Assembly (NCBI GenBank): GCA_036867785.1
Contig: CP145409.1
Coordinates: forward strand, 310,001-374,000
Direction: 5' to 3'
DNA from: Plasmodiophora brassicae
Lineage: Eukaryota
DNA length: 64,000 nucleotides
This document shows positions 37,242 through 47,842 of this stretch, in pieces. Made by a program: the position numbers and the translations under genes. Position 1 is the stretch's first letter. Each line of letters opens with the position of its first letter. The notes below the pieces were generated by a model. The model was not told where the DNA came from and ran no database searches. It was given only the letters and a program-made list of their open reading frames with translations.

Positions 37242-40001
37242 TTATGACATACACTGACTAAGGGCGTCGCGTGCCTCGTAGAAGTCTGAATTGGAGCGGG
37301 AGTCGACCTCCTGTTTGAGGAACGTGATGGCGGCCATGTTGTACCCGACGAGGTCCTTCTGCGCCCGCAGCCGCTGACGCATGCGATCGCGAAGTGTGAC
37401 GAAGTGGGGGCCCATCTCGTCGGCGGCGATCAGGCGCTGGTGGTGCGTCTGCAGCAGGAACAGGACACATCGGACATAGAGCTCAATGGCATCGCCTTGC
37501 AGAAGCATGTCCTCCAGGATCAGCAGCAGGCGCTTCGCGTACGTGAACGGCAGGACAACAAGGGCTACCTCGAGCTCATTCGGGCGTGCCTCGCTCAGGA
37601 CCTTGGTCATGAATGCGAACGGTGTCAGGCCGAGGAGCATCGGGTTCGATGACGGCTTGTCCGGTGTTCGACCTTCGAGGGACGCCAGCTCGGCTTCGAC
37701 AAAGTCGATCGCCTCCATGAGACGCTCACCGGTTCGCACAGTGGCCAGCGACTGCTTGTCGACGGCACTGGCCGACTGGAACGTCGTCGGGTCGGGCAGA
37801 CCGGACTCTGGCAGAGCGCCGACAACGCCAGCAGACTCCTTCTCGACCACGCCTTCTTCGAACAGCTCCTCCAAGCGTGTTTCCCGCTCCTCCTCCAGGA
37901 ACACTAAACGTGCAGGTTCAGACCAGGGGTTGAATTCCGATGCAGGCGACGCTACGGTGTACCTTGCTCCTCGGTTTCCGACCAAACGCGAATGGACCGA
38001 TCGTTGCCAGCGCTAACGAGCGTTCGTCCTGCTCGACTGACCGCCAAGCCCCAGACCTCTGCCTGGTGCCCAGACAGGGCGTAGATCTGTTCGAACTTGT
38101 CCGCATCCCAGAACCGAATCTGTGAACTCGTCAGCACACGGAACTCGACAGCACACACACACAGAGTTCATCACCTGCTTGTCTTTGCTGGCTGTGAACA
38201 CGTAATGTGTACCGGGGACGAACTTCACGGCCATGACACTGTCGTCGTGCGCCAGCAGCGACTTATGGCAGTCACCGAAATCCAGACCCCAGATCTTCAG
38301 GCTCTTGTCGGCGCCCGCTGAGCACAGCAACGTCCCGTCCGAGCTAATGTCCATGCAGAGCGCGGGCAGGCGGTGCCCGTACAGCGACAGGTAGAACTTC
38401 AGTGAGTCTTCATGGAACACCCGAATCGTAGCGTCCAGCATCGCCACCGCGACGTAGCGACCATCGGGGCTGAACTTAACGAACAGCACGTCTTCGTCCA
38501 GGCGTAACGTTCGCGAATGGACAGCGCCCAGCGTTCGGGTTCGCTTTCGGGACGATGTAGGTTCGCCGTCGGCATCCGCCTTGTCGATCAGCTCGAAGAT
38601 CCAGAACTTCAGGTCGTGATCGGCACCTCCAGTGACGAACCCACGACCGCTCGGGTGCACGTCGATCGACCACAGCGCGCCTGAATGCGCTTCAATGCGC
38701 TGGAGAAGCTGGGCGGAACCAAGCGAGTAGAGCTCCAGGTGCCCGGTCTTCGTACCGACAAGGACGTGCTGATCGCCAGGGACGAAGGCAATACAGAGAC
38801 CGTACCCAGACGGCAGTGTTCGAACACAGCGTTGGGTGGCCAGGTTCCAGACCTTAACGCTGCCGCGCGAAGCCGACGCGATCATGGTATCGTCGCGGCT
38901 CAGACAGACGGCACGAACGCCGGACCGATGGCCGGCCTCGTCGATCACATGGACAGGCTTGCTGATCTCGTCCGTTCCGTCGCCGCTGACGTCAAAGACG
39001 GCAATGGAGTTATCGGCGAGGCCGACCGCCAGACGGTCACCGGACGCGCTGAACGATCTCTGCTTGTCCTCGGTGCGGACGACGCGCTGCGATTCCAGGT
39101 AGTCGGCGGCCTGGACGGTGACCTCATCGGCACCAGCCGTATTGCCCTTCTCGCGCAGGCGCCTTTGCCGACGTTGCACCTTCTTCTTGATCTCGTCCTG
39201 GGTCCTGGCTCGGAACAGTTCCAGGTGGTTGCCGGTGCCCTGAACGAGCAAGCGCGACCCGCCAGCGGAGAACCGAATGCGGTTGACGCGAGTCTTGTCC
39301 GATCGGGGAATAACGCCCAGAAGGACAATGTCGGCGTTCGGGTCGGGAATGGACCACAGACGAAGTTCGGCATCGGTGGACCCGGTCACGAGGAATTGAC
39401 CATTGCCGTCGACGTCGAGGCTCCAGACCTCGGCATGGTGCCCGACGAGCGTCTGCGCGCAGTGCTGAGTTGTCAGCTGCCAGCGCTTGACGAACGTGTC
39501 CTTCGACGACGACAACAGGGTATTGTCCCCAACGAAACAGACATCGGTGACGGCGTCAATGTGCCCACGCAATCGAAACAAACCCGCCTGCGCAATGACG
39601 TCCCACATGATGATGTCGGTATCGTTCGACCCGGACGCGAGTCTCGACCCGTCTTTGTTAAAACGCAACGCGCTAACGGCACCTCGGTGCCCATTCAAGG
39701 TAACGATACACGTGGAGTCCGCCGTGTTCCAAAGACGGATGGATCCGTCCGAGTACCCAGCTGCGGCAGCCCCATCTGGTCCAACCGCGATTCGCGTGAC
39801 GGAGATCGGCCGTTCCTTAGACGTACGCTCAGGCGACATGCTGGTCACTAGAGCGCCTTGCTTGACATTCCAGACTTGAAGCGATTCCAACGATCCGGAT
39901 AGAACGAGACGCCCGGAAACATCAAATACGACGTCACTCGTTGGCGAGTAAACGACGCCGAAGGACGACGATTGCTCATAGCGCAAGTACGCCTTGACCA
40001 T
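37242..40001 (-). CDS. WDR3: WD-repeat SSU processome protein WDR3/UTP12/DIP2
   Basis: MVKAYLRYE; many GH..WD repeats; FYLSLYGHRLP; KIWGLDFGDCHKSLLAHDDSV; LEEERETRLEELFE; C-terminal Utp12 domain ELEVALVVLPF..DLVGYNMAA. The 3' end may include one more exon. Confidence 0.95.
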
Positions 40002-40279
40002 GCCGGCGACGGGTTCTCTCACCAGCAGCCGGTTTCCAGGGGGACTGCGGGAAGTCCGTCACGGACTCCGTCGCGGAGTTCGCTCGCTGATAGTGATAAG
40101 TGATGGCTCGGAGCAGTAGGTATGTAGGTGGGTACGGTAATGATTGAGCCGCGCGTGCTCTGGTACAGGACACCGAACCAAGCATCGCGGGTCGCCTACG
40201 CCTGGTTTGAGATCGGAGTGCAAACTCCTGTTCGCCGCCCTCGGTGTACCGTGACGAGTGATGCCCTGGCTGTGCTGTC

Positions 40280-40478
40280 TCAGTGTTTCCGCTGCCTTGA
40301 CGGGGACGTCAAGGAACAAAGCTCTCTCTCTCGGCATCGGATATATAGTGTTTGGTACTTAGCCGACTTACTGGCGTGTAGCCGGTAAGTGGGCTATGTA
40401 CGGTCATGTTAGCGACCCCATACGGTCCACGTTGGAGACAGGACGTCGAAAAGATGGTAAATCATGTTGAACATAGGC
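40280..40478 (-). pseudogene. decayed hAT transposase fragments of the same family as the 52294-54929 element
   Basis: Minus-strand HASKSAKYQTL..ERALFLDVPVKAAETL and MFNMIYHLFDVLSPTWT..ANMT match HASKWATYQTL..ERAVFFDVPVKEAETL and MFNMVCQLFDVLCPTWT..ANMT, with frameshifts. Confidence 0.8.
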
Positions 40479-41335
40479 ACGCGGGGATGTCACCCGATGT
40501 TCTTCGCCCAGATCGGCGACTACGCCTCGATCCTTGACCCTCGTATCGTCAATGTCGTCGCGTGCCCTTCGATGAAGCTCGACAGCATCCGGCTGTACAT
40601 GGATTTCAATCTGCTCGCTCCGGTACCCGAACCTGACGCTTCAACGCCTTGCCCATGACATGGTGCCGACGGGGGTTATCACATCGCCAAGTTCTTCGAC
40701 AATACTGATGGCGTTCGCAGCCGGGCGTTGACCGGTCGACAGCGTATAGAGCGACGCAGTTCGAACATGGCTCCAGGTAGTCGCTGGTGTGGCCACGCTC
40801 AATGTGAATCGCAAAGACGACGCTACCCAGGTGCTCGAAGGTCTCGGGCCATTCCACCTGCCGCCCCCGCGATCAGCTCTTCGGACCCGATGCACCGGCC
40901 ATTGGGTCCTCGGAGCGATCAGACCGTGTAGACCTGGACATGCTATCGGGTTCGACATTGGTATTCCCTAACGCCAAGCTAGGTCCACAGGAACCCGTAA
41001 TGCCATCCCAAGGGGGCGGTGGACGTCTTTCGTTGTTCGGCAAACGAATGAGAAGTGACAGCCGCGCCGGGCAGAACAGCGTGCGAACGATATGGCGCCA
41101 CAGACTCGTTTCGAACACATCCCCGCCCTGTGCCAACGATAAATAAGGCCCGGGTTGCCATACCAGTTGCCATGTGCTTCTGAGCGGCTTTCTCGGGTTG
41201 GTCGTAACTGAGCCCGGTCTATGTTATTAAGATATCTGGGGAAGGGAGCAAACACCCGTCAGGCAGATTCGTTGCGGGTGCGATCGGATTCGTAGGTCAA
41301 AGAATTATTATCTCCAGCCTCGACGTCAGGTGACC

Positions 41336-41779
41336 ATGTCGTCCGTGTCCAAGAACCAGATGGGCCCTGTCAAGGACGTGGTCCCGAAGATAGCCGAGAT
41401 CGTATCCACCCGGGAGATCAAGCACGCCGCCATCCACGCCCTGCACGAGAAGCACAGAGAGAACAAAATGCACAAGTTCGTTGAGGACAACTTTCAAGGG
41501 CATGTCCAGGTCGGCGGCGCGCCCTCAGGTGACCATATTGACTCTAGCGCCAATCTGTAGGCGTGGAAGCCGCTGAAGTACGCCGAAGAAGTCGTCGCCT
41601 ACGGGGTCAACTACTTCGTCAAGGTGCAGATCGCGCCAACGCTCTGCGTCCACATCCGGGTCCATCGTCAGAAGCACCACGACGTCTGGGACTTCTACTC
41701 GCTACACGAAACCATCAAACACAACCAGGCCACCTGCATCTGGACCATTGACGAACCATTAGTCTACTTCAACGCCTAA
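41336..41779 (+). CDS. stefin/cystatin family 1-like protein, intron 41510-41560
   Basis: KPLKYAEEVVAYGVNYFVKVQI..CVHIRV..DEPLVYF parallels stefin QVVAGTNYFIKV..HLRV..DELTYF. No signal peptide. Confidence 0.75.
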
Positions 41780-41946
41780 GTCGTCGTGTTTCACCTTCTG
41801 ATAAACCCACCTCAGCTTCACCAGGGTGTGGCGAGCCAGGCAACAAATCCCCGAATTAGCAGCCACGTCTATTTACAGAGGGGGCAACGTCTCTAATTTC
41901 GAGGCAGGCACCCCGACGGGGACACATCACACGGTCATTATCGATC

Positions 41947-42537
41947 ATGAGCGCTCGTCTGATATTCGTGCTGGCCGGCCTGGCTCTCCTGCAGGCGGGT
42001 ATCGAGGCCAATAACGACACGCGCGTCATCAAGTGCGAACTGTCGGCGCACGATGGTGCCGACGCTCCCACGATGCAATGCTGCATGCTGGACCTGAACG
42101 ACGAGGATGCCCGCAGGGAGTACGAAGCGTACCTGACCGACCACTGCGTCAAGGTCGACCACCAGCTCGACCTGATGTCCCCGAACGACAAGCTACGCGA
42201 CTTCCTGAAGAAGGCGTCGTGCCGAACGACTCGCGGTGTCACCGCTGGCGTCTGCACGGCCACGTACCTGTTTGGAGCGCAAACGATTGCTGCTGGGGCC
42301 ACAACGCTGATCGGTTGTATGAACCCTGTCACACTGATCGTGTCCGCTGCCATCGTCAGCAACGCCGTCGTTGGCGGATCTCTGGTTGGCATTGGTGCCA
42401 GCCTGTGCACGCGCCCATCGGCCGCCACAGTCAAGGAGGCGCTGCATCGGTTCCTGGCACAGGTCGCCGATCGTGAGTCGGCCGTCAAACAGATCGACGA
42501 CACTGTCGCAGGTGGCCAGATCGTCAACTGGTCGTAA
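41947..42537 (+). CDS. small secreted protein, paralogue A (effector candidate)
   Basis: Intronless, 196 aa, signal peptide MSARLIFVLAGLALLQAGIEA. Homologous to the next gene. Confidence 0.8.
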   Translation: MSARLIFVLAGLALLQAGIEANNDTRVIKCELSAHDGADAPTMQCCMLDLNDEDARREYEAYLTDHCVKVDHQLDLMSPNDKLRDFLKKASCRTTRGVTAGVCTATYLFGAQTIAAGATTLIGCMNPVTLIVSAAIVSNAVVGGSLVGIGASLCTRPSAATVKEALHRFLAQVADRESAVKQIDDTVAGGQIVNWS

Positions 42538-43065
42538 GCGTCCTTCTTGTTTGGCACATTCGTAATACACATTGTCATGTTGCCGCTGTCCGCATCTCGC
42601 CAAGCGCGTGACAAATTCAGGGGGAAGGGGAGGGGGAGGGGCGGGTGAACCGGTTCCTCGGCTCGGACGTCATCCAGAAGTTCGGCGATTGTACACATTT
42701 GGCATTCACGTCGTCGGCCATGTCGGCAACCAGCTGTTGTCGCCCAATAGTGCTCTCGGCCGATGTAGTCCTCGACGGTGACTTCGCTGTTATCACCAAC
42801 ATCGTTCTGCTCTGATTACTGCACCGTCCAAGGGTGTGCCGTGCTCACTGCTAAGTGCTATGGTCCCTGGCCTCTGGCCGACCCCACTGACGCATCTGGC
42901 GTGGCTGCCACTGACGCACATTTCAAGGGCGCAGTGGGCTTGTCGGGGCACGTATTTCCGAACACAGTGGCGCATCTTTGACGGTTGCACTGGGCTGCGG
43001 ACTACCCGCTGCCGCTGGGTCCTCCTGCCGGCGTCATTCGTAATTTCTACTGGTCAGGCGCCATC

Positions 43066-43620
43066 ATGTGCAGTCCTCGTCTGTGTTTCGCGCTGACCGG
43101 CCTGGTCCTCCTGGTCGTAATCGAAGCCGAGCGGCATGTTCGCGTCACCTTGAAAGCGGTCGATGGCGACGACGCCCCAACGATGGAATGCCTCGTGCTG
43201 AACTTGAACGACAATGGCGCGCTCCAAGAATACAAGGCGTACCTGAACGCCCACAACATCATGATCAACCCCGCGTTCGATACGAGGTCTCCGAATGACA
43301 AGCTTGGCGACTTCCTGAACTTGCTGTCGCTCCGACAGGAATGTATCTATCGTATGCAAGCCGGCGCGAAATTGTGCTTGTTTGGAATGCAGGGGGCCGG
43401 CATGCTAAAGGACTCTCATCCGTACCTAGCTACCTGTGCTGCCGCCGCGGCCGGCGTTGCTGCCTCAGATGCCATTTGTACTGGGGTCATTGATTTTCCA
43501 CGGGAACGCAAAGTTAAGGCGGCCCTGCACCGGTTCCTTGCACAGATCGTGAATCGCCACATGGTGATCCCCATGATCGACCACATCATCACGGGCGAAC
43601 TGATCCGTCATTGGATGTGA
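43066..43620 (+). CDS. small secreted protein, paralogue B (effector candidate)
   Basis: Signal peptide MCSPRLCFALTGLVLLVVIEA. Shares DG.DAPTM.C..L.LND, EY.AYL, SPNDKL.DFL and VK.ALHRFLAQ with paralogue A. Confidence 0.8.
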   Translation: MCSPRLCFALTGLVLLVVIEAERHVRVTLKAVDGDDAPTMECLVLNLNDNGALQEYKAYLNAHNIMINPAFDTRSPNDKLGDFLNLLSLRQECIYRMQAGAKLCLFGMQGAGMLKDSHPYLATCAAAAAGVAASDAICTGVIDFPRERKVKAALHRFLAQIVNRHMVIPMIDHIITGELIRHWM

Positions 43621-43801
43621 ACATTGCGCCGTCTACAGGCACACTTTTCGAATACAGCGCTCCTTATCGGTCAAGTCGCTTCGTCAGGAACCTGTTGAGC
43701 GGATTAGTGCGCCCTGGCGCGTTTGATGAGCATAGCAATCATGGGTGCTCGATCAGATGAAGCATCGGGATGTTTAATAATGACACGCAGAAGCGAGTCG
43801 C

Positions 43802-44998
43802 TTACGACGGGAGATAGCGCTTTTCGGCTTCGGTCAGTTCGTGCTGGTTCTGAAGGCGAAACACTTCATTGACGGACGCGATCTTTCCCTCGACGTCTAG
43901 CAGCGATTCGCCCTCGAGGATCTGCCGCGAGGTCTTCTGCATGGCCGAAATGCAGGCGCGCATGTTGTGGTTCGCCCAAATGATCAGACTGACGCCCTTC
44001 TTACGCCAGTGCTCCGTCGGGACCTTGAAGTACTTGGTGGGCACAATCACGACAGGGTGACGCTCCCTACAGAGCAAGCTCAGCCACAGAACGGGGAACG
44101 GGGTCGCGTTGCTGCGTTACCCCCATTCGTCAAGGAACGCGTTAATATCAGCGCCATCCTTCGTCTTGGAATGAATGAGAATAGCATCCGCGCCGGCTTT
44201 CCTGTACGCGTCGGCTCGCTTCATGGCTTCGCTCAGGTCCCATCCGGCGATGAACGCCTCGACACGGGCGACGACCTGAAAGTCGGGATCACGCTGCGTG
44301 TCCTTGCACGCCTGGATCTTCAGGCAGAATTCTTCGATATCGGCCAGCGGCTGTGCCTTGCCGCTCAACAGCGAGTTCGTCTTCGGGAACAGCTTATCTT
44401 CCAAGCACACACCCGCGACACCCCTGGACTCCAACTTGGCCACCAGGCGTCGCGCGTTCTACCTCAACTCTCAGCAATCGCGACGTGAGCGTTTCAAATT
44501 GGAACTTACATTAAAATTGCCATAGCCTGTATCGCCGTCCAAGAGAACTAACCAACCGTGGGTCAGCGTAAGCGCACGTTCTCAGCTGACATGCGAACGT
44601 ACTGGGTATGTTGGTAGCTTCCGACATGAACTCGAGAACCTCGAGGACCTGTAGGCAACGCCGTCAGAGACTGATGGATAGTGGAACCGATCCGCACCAC
44701 GTCGAACCTGTGTGTAAGCAGCCTCGTTGCTGTCACGAACGCCCATGGCCGCTGAAATGGATAGGCCGCTACCCCAAATGCCTTTGAACCCGGTTTCTTC
44801 CACGATCTTCGCGCTCAGGCCGTTGTGCGCCTCCATGATGAACTCCAGGCCCTTGCTCTCAATCATCTTCCGCAGCATCGTCGTCTTGCGGGGCGACGTG
44901 TTGAACCGGCGTCGCCCGGGAGCACCGCACAGGAACGGCATGGCTTGTCGACCCGGCTGCATCGCTGGACGCCGAATAAGGCATACACGCGACAGCAT
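43802..44998 (-). CDS. pepM: phosphoenolpyruvate phosphomutase with an N-terminal presequence, multi-exon
   Basis: [49 protein letters not shown]; the diagnostic [10 protein letters not shown] (EDKx5NS); [17 protein letters not shown]; ends AEKRYLPS*. Confidence 0.95.
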
Positions 44999-45403
44999 CG
45001 TTGGGCGACGAGCAAAGACGGAATGCAGTCGGAGGCCCGATGTAGCAGGAAGTTGCACAGCACAGTGGCCGCACCGGAACGTGCTTCCCGTGACACTATG
45101 ACGCGCTCGGCATCATCGGTCACACAGGCACACTTGTGGATGCCACGCGTTGACGCGGCCGTTCCGGGTCCGGCTTGCTGCACACGTACGGCTAACGGGG
45201 ACATGAACAGGCGCGATAAACAGCAGACAGCCGCACAGGCAAGCGCGGGAATCCGCTTACCAGGAGAGACGACAGACAGAGGAGGACCACAGCATCATGA
45301 GGTTGCACGTCGTGGCATAGCGAACGTCGTTGCACGCGCCGGTCGTCGTTTCTCCTAGTCACCGTGGCATGAGGTGAGCCGTGACCAAGGTGCGTGCGTC
45401 GAG

Positions 45404-46755
45404 TAGGCCTCGGCAACGTAAAGTAAATTTATTTTTACGCGACGTAAATTCGACGACGTAAAAGTAAAATAAAGTAAACGTAAACGACTATGACGTAAGA
45501 CGTAAAGATAAAGTAAAGCCTCCTGGTTACTGGTAAATTTACGTAGTAAAAACGTAAATGACGCAACTCTGTACCCGAGAGCTCACCGACGTCTGCCTGA
45601 CTGCTAGCTGCAGCCTGCATGTCGCAACGGAAAACCGGGAGTCCGGGACAGCGCGCTGTGGCCTGTGGGCGTATTGCGATTTTGGCGTCGACGTCGTCGT
45701 TTGCTCATTCCCCCTGTAGTTCTTGTGTTGCGATGGCGGATGATGTCATCGATGTGGTTGAGGTTATAGAGAGAAGCGATGCCGATGGTATCGCCGGACT
45801 TGCTGCCGAGGACAAGGGAGATCCAGGTCGCACCCGTAAGCGCACGCGGGAGCGCAAAGCGTATCCCAACCAGTACTTCCGCACTATGACCCGACTATTG
45901 ACCGTGCTTCCAATGCTGGAAGCCTTCAATGCACCACATGTCGGCAATGGTTAAAAGAGAAGTGGTGGCACGTCAGGTATTTCAGATCGATGTGTATTCG
46001 CTGTTGGTGATCATGACGCCGACACGCTTTGTGCAGGCCGCAGAGGAAGAGAATTCGTAGAAAAAGACAGTCGACCCCGAGCGACTAGTCAGCGAAGCCA
46101 GTCCCGGATGCCAGTCCTAACTAAGAAGGAGCACCAGTATCTCGAAGGCGTGGTCGGAATGGGTTGGATGAGGTCGACGCATTCTGTTCGCAAGCTGTTG
46201 GGGACTTGCCTGACCTGGATCTGGCCACTTGGTGTTATGTACGCAGGGACCAGTATCCATATCAATACCGTTTGGCAATTGACATTTTATCGATCCCCGC
46301 GTCGTCGACGGAGGTTGAACGGTCGAACTCCCAAGCGGGCGTTGAATTTGACTATCAACGCATGTCGTTATCGACATCGATGTTTCGTGCTTCGATGTGT
46401 ACGCGTTCATGGACGCGGTCCGGTCTCATCGAAATTCCCGTAGACCGATGGGCTGCTGCCCATGCATATCTGGAGTCAGACAGCATTGAAGGCACCTCCT
46501 TCGAAGAGGAACTCGAAATTCTGCAGGGTGGCGTCGCTCCACGTCATCCGATCTGACTAATGCCAGGAATGCTTTGACGCGGGGCACATTCGATGGCCCT
46601 GCCCCCTGATTTACGTTATAAATTACGTTTACGTCGGTAAATTTACTTTTACTTTACGTTTACCACTGTTTTACTATCCCAACGTAAGACGTAAACGTAA
46701 GTAAAGACCCTTTTACGTTTACGCTTTTACTTTTACTTTACGTTGCCGAGGCCTA
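45404..46755 (+). mobile_element. non-autonomous, internally deleted hAT DNA transposon
   Basis: TIR TAGGCCTCGGCAACGTAAAGTAAA at 45404 with its reverse complement ending at 46755. Perfect 8-bp TSD GCGTCGAG (45396-45403 and 46756-46763). AT-rich ACGTAAA subterminal arrays. Internal hAT dimerisation domain YRLAIDILSIPASSTEVERSNS (46164-46556). Confidence 0.96.
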
Positions 46756-46842
46756 GCGTCGAGTGCCGGCGGGGCGTCGTACTCGAACTGGCGGTCGGAG
46801 TGCGTCGCGGCGTCGTCGTCGCCGCAGACCGGTCTGGTCCTG

Positions 46843-47168
46843 ATGGTGTACTACACGGACTGGCCGACGTTCGCCTCCGCTGCCAAGCAGCTGTACGCCG
46901 AGCGGCCCAATGACACCAGATACTGCATCAAGTACAGGCACAAGGCGGGATCCCTCGTCCTCAAGGTTACCGACGACCGGCAGGTCCAGCTGACGATTCC
47001 GAATCAGAGTCGCCATGGTTGCTGATCGAACGCGTGCCTGTGTAGTGCCTGAAGTACCGAACGCAAATGCAGCCTGACGTCAAGAAGGTCGAGCACCTCA
47101 GTAAGGACTTTATCGCCCTGATGTCGGCACCTGCCGTTGATGGTGCGGGCGTTCGCTCTTCGCAATGA
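46843..47168 (+). CDS. SRP9: signal recognition particle 9 kDa protein, one intron
   Basis: MVYYTDWPTFASAAKQLY..PNDTRYCIKYRHKAGSLVLKVTDDRQ|CLKYRTQMQPDVKKVE. Confidence 0.93.
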
Positions 47169-47842
47169 ATGTACCAGCGCCGATTATCGCATGCGTAATG
47201 CTCTACCGATACGAATCCTGTGGCATACACGAGGACCTTCTTGCAGATAGGCGAATAGAATAGCGCCAGCGTATATCACACCCTCTGAACGTTTATTTCG
47301 AATTCGAACAATTCCCCAAACGGGTCGCTATGAGAGCTATCAACCAGGAACGCTGCGATTGAAGCTATCGGTGACAAACGTACCCCAGAAATATCAACTT
47401 TGTGTCACGCCAACAAATAGCCTGTAAAACGCCATGCGTCGACAGCAGTTTCCTGCATGACGCGTCCAACACAATTATCGAGCCGGTCAAGACCACGGTT
47501 CTAATGCGGGCCCAACGGGGACCGATATCATCCAGGATTATCCATAAACTGGGATGCACATATTCCGACAGAACCCGCCGCCATCTACATACTGCATGGA
47601 GCAACCAGATCATAATCGATGCACCTGGAGCGATAGCCGGAACACAAAAGTGCCACACACGTGCATGCGAAACGCGATGGGCGAATGATGGCAACGCGTA
47701 AACATGGGCAAACTGAAAACCGCAATCGCCAACAGCGTGGTCGATGTCAACACTGTTTTAGTTTGGAGACAAGACGACAGATGGGTCATGCGACAGATAT
47801 ATCCGATGGATATCCAAACCAATAGTACAGCACAAATGCGAA

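Noticed and set aside
45420-45560. AT-rich short repeats resembling a CRISPR array or replication origin
   Set aside because: There is no repeat-spacer periodicity. They are mirrored at 46610-46745 and explained as hAT subterminal repeats.
47365-47822. Short hydrophobic ORFs between SRP9 and the zinc-finger gene
   Set aside because: No coherent exon chain or motif was found; possibly UTR or intergenic sequence.
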